From Bacteroidales bacterium UBA4459 (lineage in GTDB: Bacteria; Bacteroidota; Bacteroidia; Bacteroidales; F082): a stretch of 33,045 nucleotides of DNA. Both the position numbers and the translations under genes were made by a program. The notes under the pieces were generated by a model. The model was not told the DNA's origin, made no database searches, and saw nothing but the letters and a program-made list of their open reading frames with translations. Below, in pieces: positions 22,759 through 30,640 of the stretch (positions are counted from its first letter, which is position 1; each line of letters begins with the position of its first letter). Location: NCBI GenBank assembly GCA_002389465.1, contig DGOT01000085.1, positions 1 through 33,045 on the forward strand. Direction: 5' to 3'.

Positions 22759-23802
22759 TTATGCTTTTTCCAAAGTGAAAGAAAAGGTAGTCCCTTTTCT
22801 GTAATTACTCCTTACCGTAATTGTTTGCCGGTGCGCTTCGATAATGTGCTTTACAATAGCCAGCCCCAAGCCTGACCCGCCTTTCTCGCGTGAACGGCTG
22901 TAATCGGTGCGGTAAAACCGCTCGAAAATACGTGGCAAATTTTCGTCAGGAATACCGATACCGTTATCGGATACTTCAACCAGGTAATTGTCGTGGAAGT
23001 CATAAAAAGATATGTCAATCTGATTATGTTCCTCATCTCCATATTTGATGGCATTGTCGATGAGGTTGATAAATACCTGGCGGATCCTGCGTTTATCGGC
23101 ATGAACTTTTGCGTTCCTGAACGGTGATTTTATAATTATTTCTGCTTTAAATTCTTCGGCTTTCATTTCCAGAAAATCTACAACCTCTCTGGTAAGTTCT
23201 ATCAGGTCAAAATTTTCCTTTTTTAATTTCAGCTCGCCCGACTCCAGTTTGTTGATTTCTTCCAGGTCTTCTACAATAGCAATCATCCTGTTGACAGATT
23301 TTTTGGCTTTTTTCAGGAACTTTACATTAATCTCCGGGTCATCAATACCACCATCCAGCAGAGTGAGGATGTAACCTTGAATGTTGAAGATGGGCGTTTT
23401 CAGTTCGTGTGACACATTACCAACGAATTCACGTCTGTATTTGGCCATCTGTTTCAGTTCATCAATTTCTTTTTCCTTTTCTTCGTTCCAGTCGAGAACT
23501 ACCTGGTTCACCATTTCCAGTACATCTGCCGACTTTGATCTCTTTTTCAGTTCTTCTTTCTTGCCAAGTTTGAGCCGCCCAATGGTTTTATAGATGATCT
23601 TGATCTTCTGATAGATGAATTTTTCCAGCGAATAATTGATGATCACGAAAGAAACGATAAATACGACCACCAGTGTCAGAATAAATGGCAAAGGCTTAAA
23701 AAAATCATAAACGATAACGATCAGAATATCGAAAACAGCTGTGATGAGCGTAATGACCGCGGCATTGACAACAGCAATTTTTTTTGGGTTGGTGTTAATC
23801 AT
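22759..23802 (-). CDS. Sensor histidine kinase (HisKA + HATPase, PhoR/EnvZ-like)
   Basis: 347 aa with two N-terminal TM helices, an H-box FVGNVSHELKTP, an N-box INLIDNAIKYG and G-boxes DNGIGI / GGSGLGLAIV. Confidence 0.9.
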   Translation of the reverse strand: MINTNPKKIAVVNAAVITLITAVFDILIVIVYDFFKPLPFILTLVVVFIVSFVIINYSLEKFIYQKIKIIYKTIGRLKLGKKEELKKRSKSADVLEMVNQVVLDWNEEKEKEIDELKQMAKYRREFVGNVSHELKTPIFNIQGYILTLLDGGIDDPEINVKFLKKAKKSVNRMIAIVEDLEEINKLESGELKLKKENFDLIELTREVVDFLEMKAEEFKAEIIIKSPFRNAKVHADKRRIRQVFINLIDNAIKYGDEEHNQIDISFYDFHDNYLVEVSDNGIGIPDENLPRIFERFYRTDYSRSREKGGSGLGLAIVKHIIEAHRQTITVRSNYRKGTTFSFTLEKA

Positions 23803-24488
23803 CCGATTTTTTCCAGTTTATAACCGATTCCTTTTACGGTGCGAATATAATCAACACCAGTCTTTTCCCTGATCTTACGCACATGCACATCTATGGTACG
23901 GTCGCCCACGATCACATCATTACCCCATACTTTGGAAAAAATTTCTTCGCGGGTAAACACTTTATTGGGTTCAGAGGCCAGCAAGCGCAGCAATTTAAAT
24001 TCCTTTTTCGGCAACCGAATTTCTTTATTTCCTTTGAATACCAGATACTGCTCCCGGTCGATCACCAGGTCGTTGACGCGCATAATATCGAATTTGCCTT
24101 TTTTAGCAGACCGGCGAAGCAAAGCTGTCAACCGGCTGATCAGTACTTTAGGCTTGACGGGTTTCGATACGTAATCATCGGCACCGGATTCAAGTCCTGA
24201 TATTTGAGTAACATCATCAGAACGTGCTGTTAGGAAGATGATCAGAGTATCATCTAGATCCGGGTTTTTTCTAATTTTTTTTACCGCTTCAATGCCATCC
24301 ATTTCAGGCATCATTACATCCATAATTATCAGGTGGGGTTTTTCCGAAGACGCTTTTTTAACAGCTTCCAAACCATTGAAAGCAGCACTCACCTGAAATC
24401 CTTCCTTTTGCAAATTATAGGTTAAAAACTCGATAATGTCCTCCTCGTCATCTACCAGTAAGATTTTATAATCGCTTTTATTCATCAA
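23799..24488 (-). CDS. OmpR/PhoB-family response regulator
   Basis: 229 aa with a receiver domain (KILLVDDEEDI...LIIMDVMMPEMDG) and a winged-helix C-terminus (LTPKEFKLL-like LPKKEFKLLRLL...VWG...RTIDVHVRKIREK...I.TVKGIGY). Its stop overlaps the kinase start by 4 nt. Confidence 0.9.
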   Translation of the reverse strand: MMNKSDYKILLVDDEEDIIEFLTYNLQKEGFQVSAAFNGLEAVKKASSEKPHLIIMDVMMPEMDGIEAVKKIRKNPDLDDTLIIFLTARSDDVTQISGLESGADDYVSKPVKPKVLISRLTALLRRSAKKGKFDIMRVNDLVIDREQYLVFKGNKEIRLPKKEFKLLRLLASEPNKVFTREEIFSKVWGNDVIVGDRTIDVHVRKIREKTGVDYIRTVKGIGYKLEKIG

Positions 24489-24578
24489 TTATCGTTTTCA
24501 GAGATTGTAAAGCTAAAGTATTTTATTCTTCATACAAGGGCAAAGACAGCAGGTTAAATTTAGGTTAATTTTTGTTTT

Positions 24579-24586
24579 TACCTTTG
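24579..24586 (+). promoter_or_regulatory. -7 promoter box (TACCTTTG) 4 nt upstream of the ATG at 24591
   Basis: Exact TAnnTTTG. Confidence 0.4.
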
Positions 24587-24590
24587 ATGC

Positions 24591-25208
24591 ATGAGAATTT
24601 CTGCAGCCTTTATTATTATTTTCCTGGTTAGTTCCCTATTTTCCGGAGCCCAGGAATTCCATGGAGGGGTTTCTGCTGGAGTTGTGGGGTCGCAGGTAGC
24701 TGGCGATGGTTATTCGGGTTTTCATAAAGGAGGCCTGTATGCCGGTGGCTATGTTAGCCTGGATGTGAGCAAACGGTCAGCCTTCCAGCTGGAGATTACT
24801 TATTTTATGAAGGGAAGCCAGGAGAATCCGAAAGAAAAAAACGGGTACACTAACTATCTGTTCCGCATTAACTATATTGAAATACCTGTATTGTACCAGT
24901 TCAAGATCGGCAGGTTCATTATCGAATCCGGACCTTCGGCAGGCATTTTAACAAGTTATTATGAAACCGATGCGAATGGTTACGAAATAAGCGATGAATC
25001 GGGGTATAACAAACCGGCCAGGTTAACGCTACAGATAAATGCTGGTCTGAGGTTTTTTATCACCAAAAAATTCGGCGCCGATTTCCGCACCAACAATTCG
25101 TTACTGAACCTACGGTCGGAAAACACTACGGGCGATGTCTGGCGCCTGTGGACATATGGCCAGTTTAACGATTCGTTGGTATTGTCGTTTTTCTACCAGT
25201 TCAAATAA
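24591..25208 (+). CDS. Outer-membrane beta-barrel protein (small, PorT/OmpA-beta-barrel-like)
   Basis: 205 aa with signal peptide MRISAAFIIIFLVSSLFSGA|Q. It shows Gly/aromatic-rich alternating strands and an aromatic-rich C-terminus (LVLSFFYQFK). Confidence 0.65.
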   Translation: MRISAAFIIIFLVSSLFSGAQEFHGGVSAGVVGSQVAGDGYSGFHKGGLYAGGYVSLDVSKRSAFQLEITYFMKGSQENPKEKNGYTNYLFRINYIEIPVLYQFKIGRFIIESGPSAGILTSYYETDANGYEISDESGYNKPARLTLQINAGLRFFITKKFGADFRTNNSLLNLRSENTTGDVWRLWTYGQFNDSLVLSFFYQFK

Positions 25209-25256
25209 TTATGCTTTCCATTTAGTCATCCGGGTAAAGTAATTAATCCGTTTGTG

Positions 25257-25264
25257 TAACTTTG
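25257..25264 (+). promoter_or_regulatory. -7 promoter box (TAACTTTG) for the GT9 gene
   Basis: Exact TAnnTTTG, 19 nt upstream of the TTG start at 25284. Confidence 0.4.
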
Positions 25265-25283
25265 CCTGCAAACCAGCATCCGT

Positions 25284-26282
25284 TTGAAAAAGATATTGCT
25301 CATACGATTCAGTTCTATTGGTGACATTGTACTCACATCTCCTGTTGTTAGAGTATTAAAAACACAACTTAGTTGCGAACTCCATGTGCTGACAAAGTAT
25401 AAATTCTCCTTTCTTTATACAAACAATCCTTACGTTGATCATGTGCATACCTTGCAAAATGATATCGACGAGGTATTGCCCATCCTGAAATCAGAAAACT
25501 TTGATTTTGTGGTTGACCTGCAGAAAAACCTGCGTTCGTTCCGGGTAAAAAAAGCATTGGGTAAGCCATCGGCTTCTTTTCCGAAGCTAAACGGACAAAA
25601 ATGGCTGCTGGTGAATTTTAAAGTAAACCGGATGCCTGTGCGGCATATTGTTGACAGATATTTTCAGGCAGTTAAGGATTTATCGGTCACCAACGATGGA
25701 AAAGGGCTGGATTATTTTGTTCCTGAAAACGCCGATGCAGATCCATCATCCATCAATCCGGGCCTTTCGGAGGGCTATATTGCCCTGGCCATCGGCGGGC
25801 AGCATACAACGAAGATCATGCCGGTGGAGAAACTGGTAGCGGTCATCGAAAAAATAAAATTTCCGGTAGTGTTATTGGGCGATCAGTTGGACAATACCCG
25901 TGGGGAAGAAATCGTCAGGCAATTGAACAAGTTGAATGTTTACAATACTTGCGGGCAGTATTCCCTTGATCAATCGGCTTCAATTATACGGAAATCGTCA
26001 GCGGTTATTTCGCACGATACCGGCCTGATGCATATAGCTGCCGCATTTAAAAAACCTGTTGTCAGTGTCTGGGGCAATACTGTTCCGGATTTTGGCATGT
26101 ATCCTTATATGCCTGATGCTCCTGAGTTATCGATAATAGCAGAAGTAAATAATCTGAAATGCAGACCTTGCAGCAAACTGGGATATCAGAAATGTCCTAA
26201 AAAACACTTCAGATGTATGATGCTCCAAAACGAAATGTTTATTGCTGAAAATGCCAACAGGTTAGCGGAAGCCAGCCTATAG
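25284..26282 (+). CDS. Glycosyltransferase family 9 (heptosyltransferase-like)
   Basis: 332 aa with an apparent TTG start. The N-terminus KKILLIRFSSIGDIVLTSPVVRVLK is typical of GT9 enzymes, and there is a C-terminal DTGLMHIAAA motif. Confidence 0.8.
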   Translation: MKKILLIRFSSIGDIVLTSPVVRVLKTQLSCELHVLTKYKFSFLYTNNPYVDHVHTLQNDIDEVLPILKSENFDFVVDLQKNLRSFRVKKALGKPSASFPKLNGQKWLLVNFKVNRMPVRHIVDRYFQAVKDLSVTNDGKGLDYFVPENADADPSSINPGLSEGYIALAIGGQHTTKIMPVEKLVAVIEKIKFPVVLLGDQLDNTRGEEIVRQLNKLNVYNTCGQYSLDQSASIIRKSSAVISHDTGLMHIAAAFKKPVVSVWGNTVPDFGMYPYMPDAPELSIIAEVNNLKCRPCSKLGYQKCPKKHFRCMMLQNEMFIAENANRLAEASL

Positions 26283-26933
26283 AAAGTCTTTCCCAATGGC
26301 CACAAAAGGATTGTGCAGCTTTTCGTAGTTAATGGCGGTTTCCGGTCCGTGGCCCGAATAAACTGTAGTTTCATCAGGCAGAGTGAACAACTTGCTCCAG
26401 ATACTTTCCTGCAACAAGTCGTAGTTCCCGGTCGGTAAATCAGTACGTCCGATACTCTGGTAAAAAAGCACGTCCCCGGTAAGCACAAAACCGGCTTCTT
26501 TTGCATAAAAACACAGGCTGCCATCAGCATGGCCAGGTGTATAAAAAACTTCGAGAACTGATGTGCCAAAACGAAGCGGTGTGTTTTCATCAATAAAAAT
26601 ATCTATCGTCTTAATTTCGTCCAGTTTAATGCCAAACGTAAGGCCATATTCTTTGGCATGCTTTAGAAAATCTTCACATTCTTTATGCGCAGCCAGTTTT
26701 ATATGATACAGGTCGGCTACAAATTTATTGGCAATAATATGGTCGATATGAGCATGCGTGTTGAGCAGCAAAACAGGCTTTAATTCATTCGTAGAAATGA
26801 ACTCTTCAAATTCAGTTTTCTCATTTTCATAATACATGCCGGGGTCAATAATGAGGCATTCTTTAGTGTCATCGTAAACAACGTAAGTGTTTACCTGGAA
26901 GTCGTTAAAACCAAATTGCTTAATATGCAGCAT
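26277..26933 (-). CDS. MBL-fold metallo-hydrolase (glyoxalase II-like)
   Basis: 218 aa with the HxHxDH motif (THAHIDH) plus downstream TPGH and D...H ligand contexts. Confidence 0.9.
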   Translation of the reverse strand: MLHIKQFGFNDFQVNTYVVYDDTKECLIIDPGMYYENEKTEFEEFISTNELKPVLLLNTHAHIDHIIANKFVADLYHIKLAAHKECEDFLKHAKEYGLTFGIKLDEIKTIDIFIDENTPLRFGTSVLEVFYTPGHADGSLCFYAKEAGFVLTGDVLFYQSIGRTDLPTGNYDLLQESIWSKLFTLPDETTVYSGHGPETAINYEKLHNPFVAIGKDFL

Positions 26934-26952
26934 AGTTTGAAATATTTCTTGT

Positions 26953-26960
26953 CAAAAATA
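26953..26960 (-). promoter_or_regulatory. -7 promoter box (TATTTTTG on minus strand) for the MBL hydrolase gene
   Basis: The plus strand reads CAAAAATA, 19 nt upstream of the start codon at 26933. Confidence 0.4.
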
Positions 26961-27050
26961 CATTATTAGTTCTTACAACCATCATCCCTGACAGAGTAAT
27001 ATTTTGGTTTAAATTTTGTTATAAATTAGCATCTCACTTTTTTACTAATT

Positions 27051-30000
27051 GTGACCAGTACAAAAAGCAGGACATACAGAATTGTTTTGTTTGGGTGGGT
27101 CTTATGTTTTTTACTCCTGTCTCCAAACATATATTCCCAGTTTTACAATGGGATGAACATGACTTTTGGCAAAAACAGGGTGCAGTTCAATGAGTTTTTA
27201 TGGACATATTATAAGTTCTCTGATTTCGACACTTATTTTTATCTGAATGGGAAAGAACTGGCCCAGTTTACTGCCGAATATGCCAACGAACAATTGCCGC
27301 TAATGGAGTCCAGGTTCGAGAGTTATCTGGATAAAAAATTACAATTCATCATTTTCAACAACCTGACTGACCTGAAGCAAAGCAATATCGGATTGATCAC
27401 CAACGAAACGTACAACACCGGAGGAATTACGCATATTATCGGCTCCAAAGTATTCCTTTATTTTGATGGTAATCATGTGCATTTTCAACAGCAGATCAGG
27501 GCGGGGATCGCCGAAGTATTGTTCAACCAGATGATGTTTGGTGGCAGATTGGGAAAACAGGTGAAAAATTCTACGTTTTTTTCCATTCCCGAATGGTACC
27601 GAAAAGGCTTTGTATCATACATGAGCCAGGACTGGGATGTGGAATTTGATAACCGTGTGCGCGATGGAATTTTGTCGGGCAGGTATAAGAAAGTGAACAA
27701 CATCAACGGGATAGATGCCGTTTATGCGGGCCATTCTTTATGGCGGTTTATTGCGGTTAAATACGGTGAAGCCGCCATTAGTAATATCATCCATATGACC
27801 AGCGTAAGCAGTAGTGTCGATAAAGGGATTATGTATGTCCTAGGGATGCCTTTTAAACGACTTATTGAAGAATGGCAGAAGTTTTATATCGAAGAATACA
27901 AAGAGTTTGAAAATAATGAACGGGATCCTGAGGGTTTGTTGCCGGTAAAATTTAAAGATGAGGTAGTCTATGGACAGCCGCACGTTGATCCATTCGGGAG
28001 AACTCTCGCTTATACCGCCAATGATTTTGGGAAATATAAAATTTACCTCTACGACTTACAAAGACACAAACGTAAAAAGATATTTAAAAAAGGAACCCGC
28101 ATCAACACCAAAACCGACTACAGTTATCCGTTACTCGCCTGGCATCCGACAGGTAAATTGCTGGCGTTTGTTATCGAGCGAAAAGGGATGCCCTGGTTGT
28201 ATCTGTACAATCTTGAGGAAAAGAAAATGACGAAACAAATCATCTATAACGTACAGAAAGTAACCGATCTTTCTTATTCAGATGACGGGCGGTTTCTGGT
28301 TATGTCGGCAGTGCAAAAGGGCCAGAGTGATGTATTTGTTTTTAACATTGCGGCCAGCTCGTTCCGCAAAATCACTGATGACATTTACACCGACCTGAGC
28401 CCCCGTTTCATCAACAGGTCAAGTCAGATCGTTTTCAGTTCCAACCGCGATAACGACACCCTGGGCTTACAACCCGCATCAAATATTGAATTTAACAGCA
28501 CGTTCGATCTTTTTGTTTATGATTATAAACATAACACACAGGTGCTAAAAAGGATTACGCAAACACCCATCACTAATGAAATTCGGCCCGAGTCGTATGG
28601 GTATAACACCATTTCGTACCTGAGCGATGAAAACGGTATATACAATGCATACCTGGCAACACTCGATAGTACGGTCAGTTCGGTAGATACGGCCGTTCAT
28701 TACAGGTATTTCATCCGTTCAAAAGCCGTAACTAATTATACGCGGAATATCATAGATCAGCACGCATCGGTTTCAGGTGGAAAAAAAGCTATGGTTTATT
28801 ACCATGATGATTTATACAAAATATATGTCAACTCCACTCCTTCCTACGAAGCAAGCTCATCTCTTGCGTTGAAAGATACCCGCTATATAGCTTCTATAAA
28901 AAAGAAATTTGAAGAGGAGCATATCGGACAACTTGCAGTAAAAAAGAAAAATACCATGCTGGAAAAACCTGAAGAGCCGCAGCAGCAGCAAGTTAAACTG
29001 AAAAGATTCCGGATGGTGTATGTAGATGAAGATGGGACAGAATTTACGGGAACCAGAAAAGACAAACAAATGATGGACAGTGATGGAAACCTCTTTGTAG
29101 TGAATCTGGCAGGCTCAGGAATAGAAGACGGTAAATTCAAAATTCCCAAACGGTTAAATTACAGAGTGGAGTATTTTCTGAACGACATGATCTCGCAAAT
29201 TGATTTCAACTACATCAATTACAGCTACCAACCATTTACCGGAGGCGGAGGCCCGATTTACCTTAATCCCGGTTTCAACGTGTTTTTACAAATGGGTGTC
29301 AACGACCTGATGGAAGACTACCGGTTCGTGGGCGGGGTAAGGCTCAACTTCAGTCTCATCAATAATGAGTATTTATTTAGCTATTCCAATTTAAAGAAGC
29401 GATTGGACAAGGAGATCGTTTTTCATCGCAATACACTGGAAGGAACGAACGGTTATACGCTGATGCGTGTGCATACGCACGAATTGTTTTACATACTGAA
29501 ATGGCCGTTTACAGAAGCACTGAGTATACGCGGAACAGCATTTTACCGGAACGATATGTACGTCACAATGGCCACCGATCAGATCAGCCTTGAAACACCT
29601 ACGGTTTATGAACACTGGGCCGGGCTAAAGGCCGAGTTAGTATTTGACAATACACGAAGTGTCGGACTAAATCTGTATTATGGTTTGCGGTATAAAATAT
29701 TCGCCGAGTACCACCAGTTACTCGACATTGACAACACCGACAGAAACCTGATTGTTGTAGGATTCGATATCCGGCATTATCAAAAAATACATCGATCATT
29801 TATATGGGCTAACCGTATAGCCGGTAGTACTTCGCTCGGTAATGAGAATCTGATCTATTATATGGGAGGCGTTGACAATTGGTTGTTCCCGGTTTTTAAT
29901 ACCTCAACACCGATCGACCGCGAACAAAATTATGCCTACCAGACATTAGCCACTAACATGCGGGGATTCAATCAGAATATTCGTAATGGAACCAGCTTTA

Positions 30001-30350
30001 TCGTGCTGAATTCGGAATTACGGTTTCCTTTGTTTCAGTATTTCTCAAAAACGCCTTTAAGCTCGGCATTTCTGCGTAATTTTCAGCTGGTTGCCTTTGG
30101 TGATATCGGAACTGCCTGGACTGGCACAAGCCCTTATTCGTCTGAGAATTCGTTGTATACAAAGTATGTAGACAGCGGGCCCTTACACATTTCGGTTGAA
30201 ATGCAAAAGGAACCTTTTGTCGGTGGTTTTGGCTTTGGGGCAAGGATTCATTTGCTGGGATATTTTATCCGGGGAGATGTTTCCTGGGGTGTAGAAGATT
30301 ATAAAATCCGTGAACCTGTATATTATTTGTCATTAAGTCTCGATTTTTAA
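27051..30350 (+). CDS. Large outer-membrane protein: N-terminal domain of unknown function + PD40/TolB-like beta-propeller repeats + C-terminal Omp85-type beta-barrel
   Basis: 1099 aa. The GTG start is supported by the signal peptide it creates (RIVLFGWVLCFLLLSPNIYS|Q). The central region has PD40-like repeats (LAWHPTGKLLAFVIERKG..LYLYN; LSYSDDGRFLVMSAVQKGQSDVFVFN; LSPRFINRSSQIVFSSNRD). The C-terminal ~300 aa have Omp85/surface-antigen-like motifs (NMRGFNQN, NSELRFPLF, VAFGDIGTAWTG, GFGFGARIHL) and end in ...LSLSLDF. Confidence 0.75.
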   Translation: MTSTKSRTYRIVLFGWVLCFLLLSPNIYSQFYNGMNMTFGKNRVQFNEFLWTYYKFSDFDTYFYLNGKELAQFTAEYANEQLPLMESRFESYLDKKLQFIIFNNLTDLKQSNIGLITNETYNTGGITHIIGSKVFLYFDGNHVHFQQQIRAGIAEVLFNQMMFGGRLGKQVKNSTFFSIPEWYRKGFVSYMSQDWDVEFDNRVRDGILSGRYKKVNNINGIDAVYAGHSLWRFIAVKYGEAAISNIIHMTSVSSSVDKGIMYVLGMPFKRLIEEWQKFYIEEYKEFENNERDPEGLLPVKFKDEVVYGQPHVDPFGRTLAYTANDFGKYKIYLYDLQRHKRKKIFKKGTRINTKTDYSYPLLAWHPTGKLLAFVIERKGMPWLYLYNLEEKKMTKQIIYNVQKVTDLSYSDDGRFLVMSAVQKGQSDVFVFNIAASSFRKITDDIYTDLSPRFINRSSQIVFSSNRDNDTLGLQPASNIEFNSTFDLFVYDYKHNTQVLKRITQTPITNEIRPESYGYNTISYLSDENGIYNAYLATLDSTVSSVDTAVHYRYFIRSKAVTNYTRNIIDQHASVSGGKKAMVYYHDDLYKIYVNSTPSYEASSSLALKDTRYIASIKKKFEEEHIGQLAVKKKNTMLEKPEEPQQQQVKLKRFRMVYVDEDGTEFTGTRKDKQMMDSDGNLFVVNLAGSGIEDGKFKIPKRLNYRVEYFLNDMISQIDFNYINYSYQPFTGGGGPIYLNPGFNVFLQMGVNDLMEDYRFVGGVRLNFSLINNEYLFSYSNLKKRLDKEIVFHRNTLEGTNGYTLMRVHTHELFYILKWPFTEALSIRGTAFYRNDMYVTMATDQISLETPTVYEHWAGLKAELVFDNTRSVGLNLYYGLRYKIFAEYHQLLDIDNTDRNLIVVGFDIRHYQKIHRSFIWANRIAGSTSLGNENLIYYMGGVDNWLFPVFNTSTPIDREQNYAYQTLATNMRGFNQNIRNGTSFIVLNSELRFPLFQYFSKTPLSSAFLRNFQLVAFGDIGTAWTGTSPYSSENSLYTKYVDSGPLHISVEMQKEPFVGGFGFGARIHLLGYFIRGDVSWGVEDYKIREPVYYLSLSLDF

Positions 30351-30640
30351 CAAACTCCTTTGTTTATCACCCTTCCGGATTTTTGTTGTCTTGGGTTAAA
30401 ATTCATCTGACAAAATTGTGCCAAAATAGGTTGCTATTTTTTTTTAAGCTTTTTTAAAGTTATAAAAACTTAATTCCATGCGTTTTACTTTTTATCCACT
30501 CCTCCTTGTTGAAAAATAATAACAAAGTGTATTGGGTTTCTGTTGTATATTGCAGCTCAATAAAGGCCCGCTTTCCCTTTTTATAACATATAGATACACA
30601 GGCTTTTAACTGGTAAACAATTTTAATAAGCGCACTTATT

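Noticed and set aside
30540-30600. NrdR boxes upstream of nrdJ (CTGTTGTATATTGCAG and ACATATAGATACAC)
   Set aside because: Neither segment is a good palindrome or a close match to the ACACwAnATnTwGTGT consensus.
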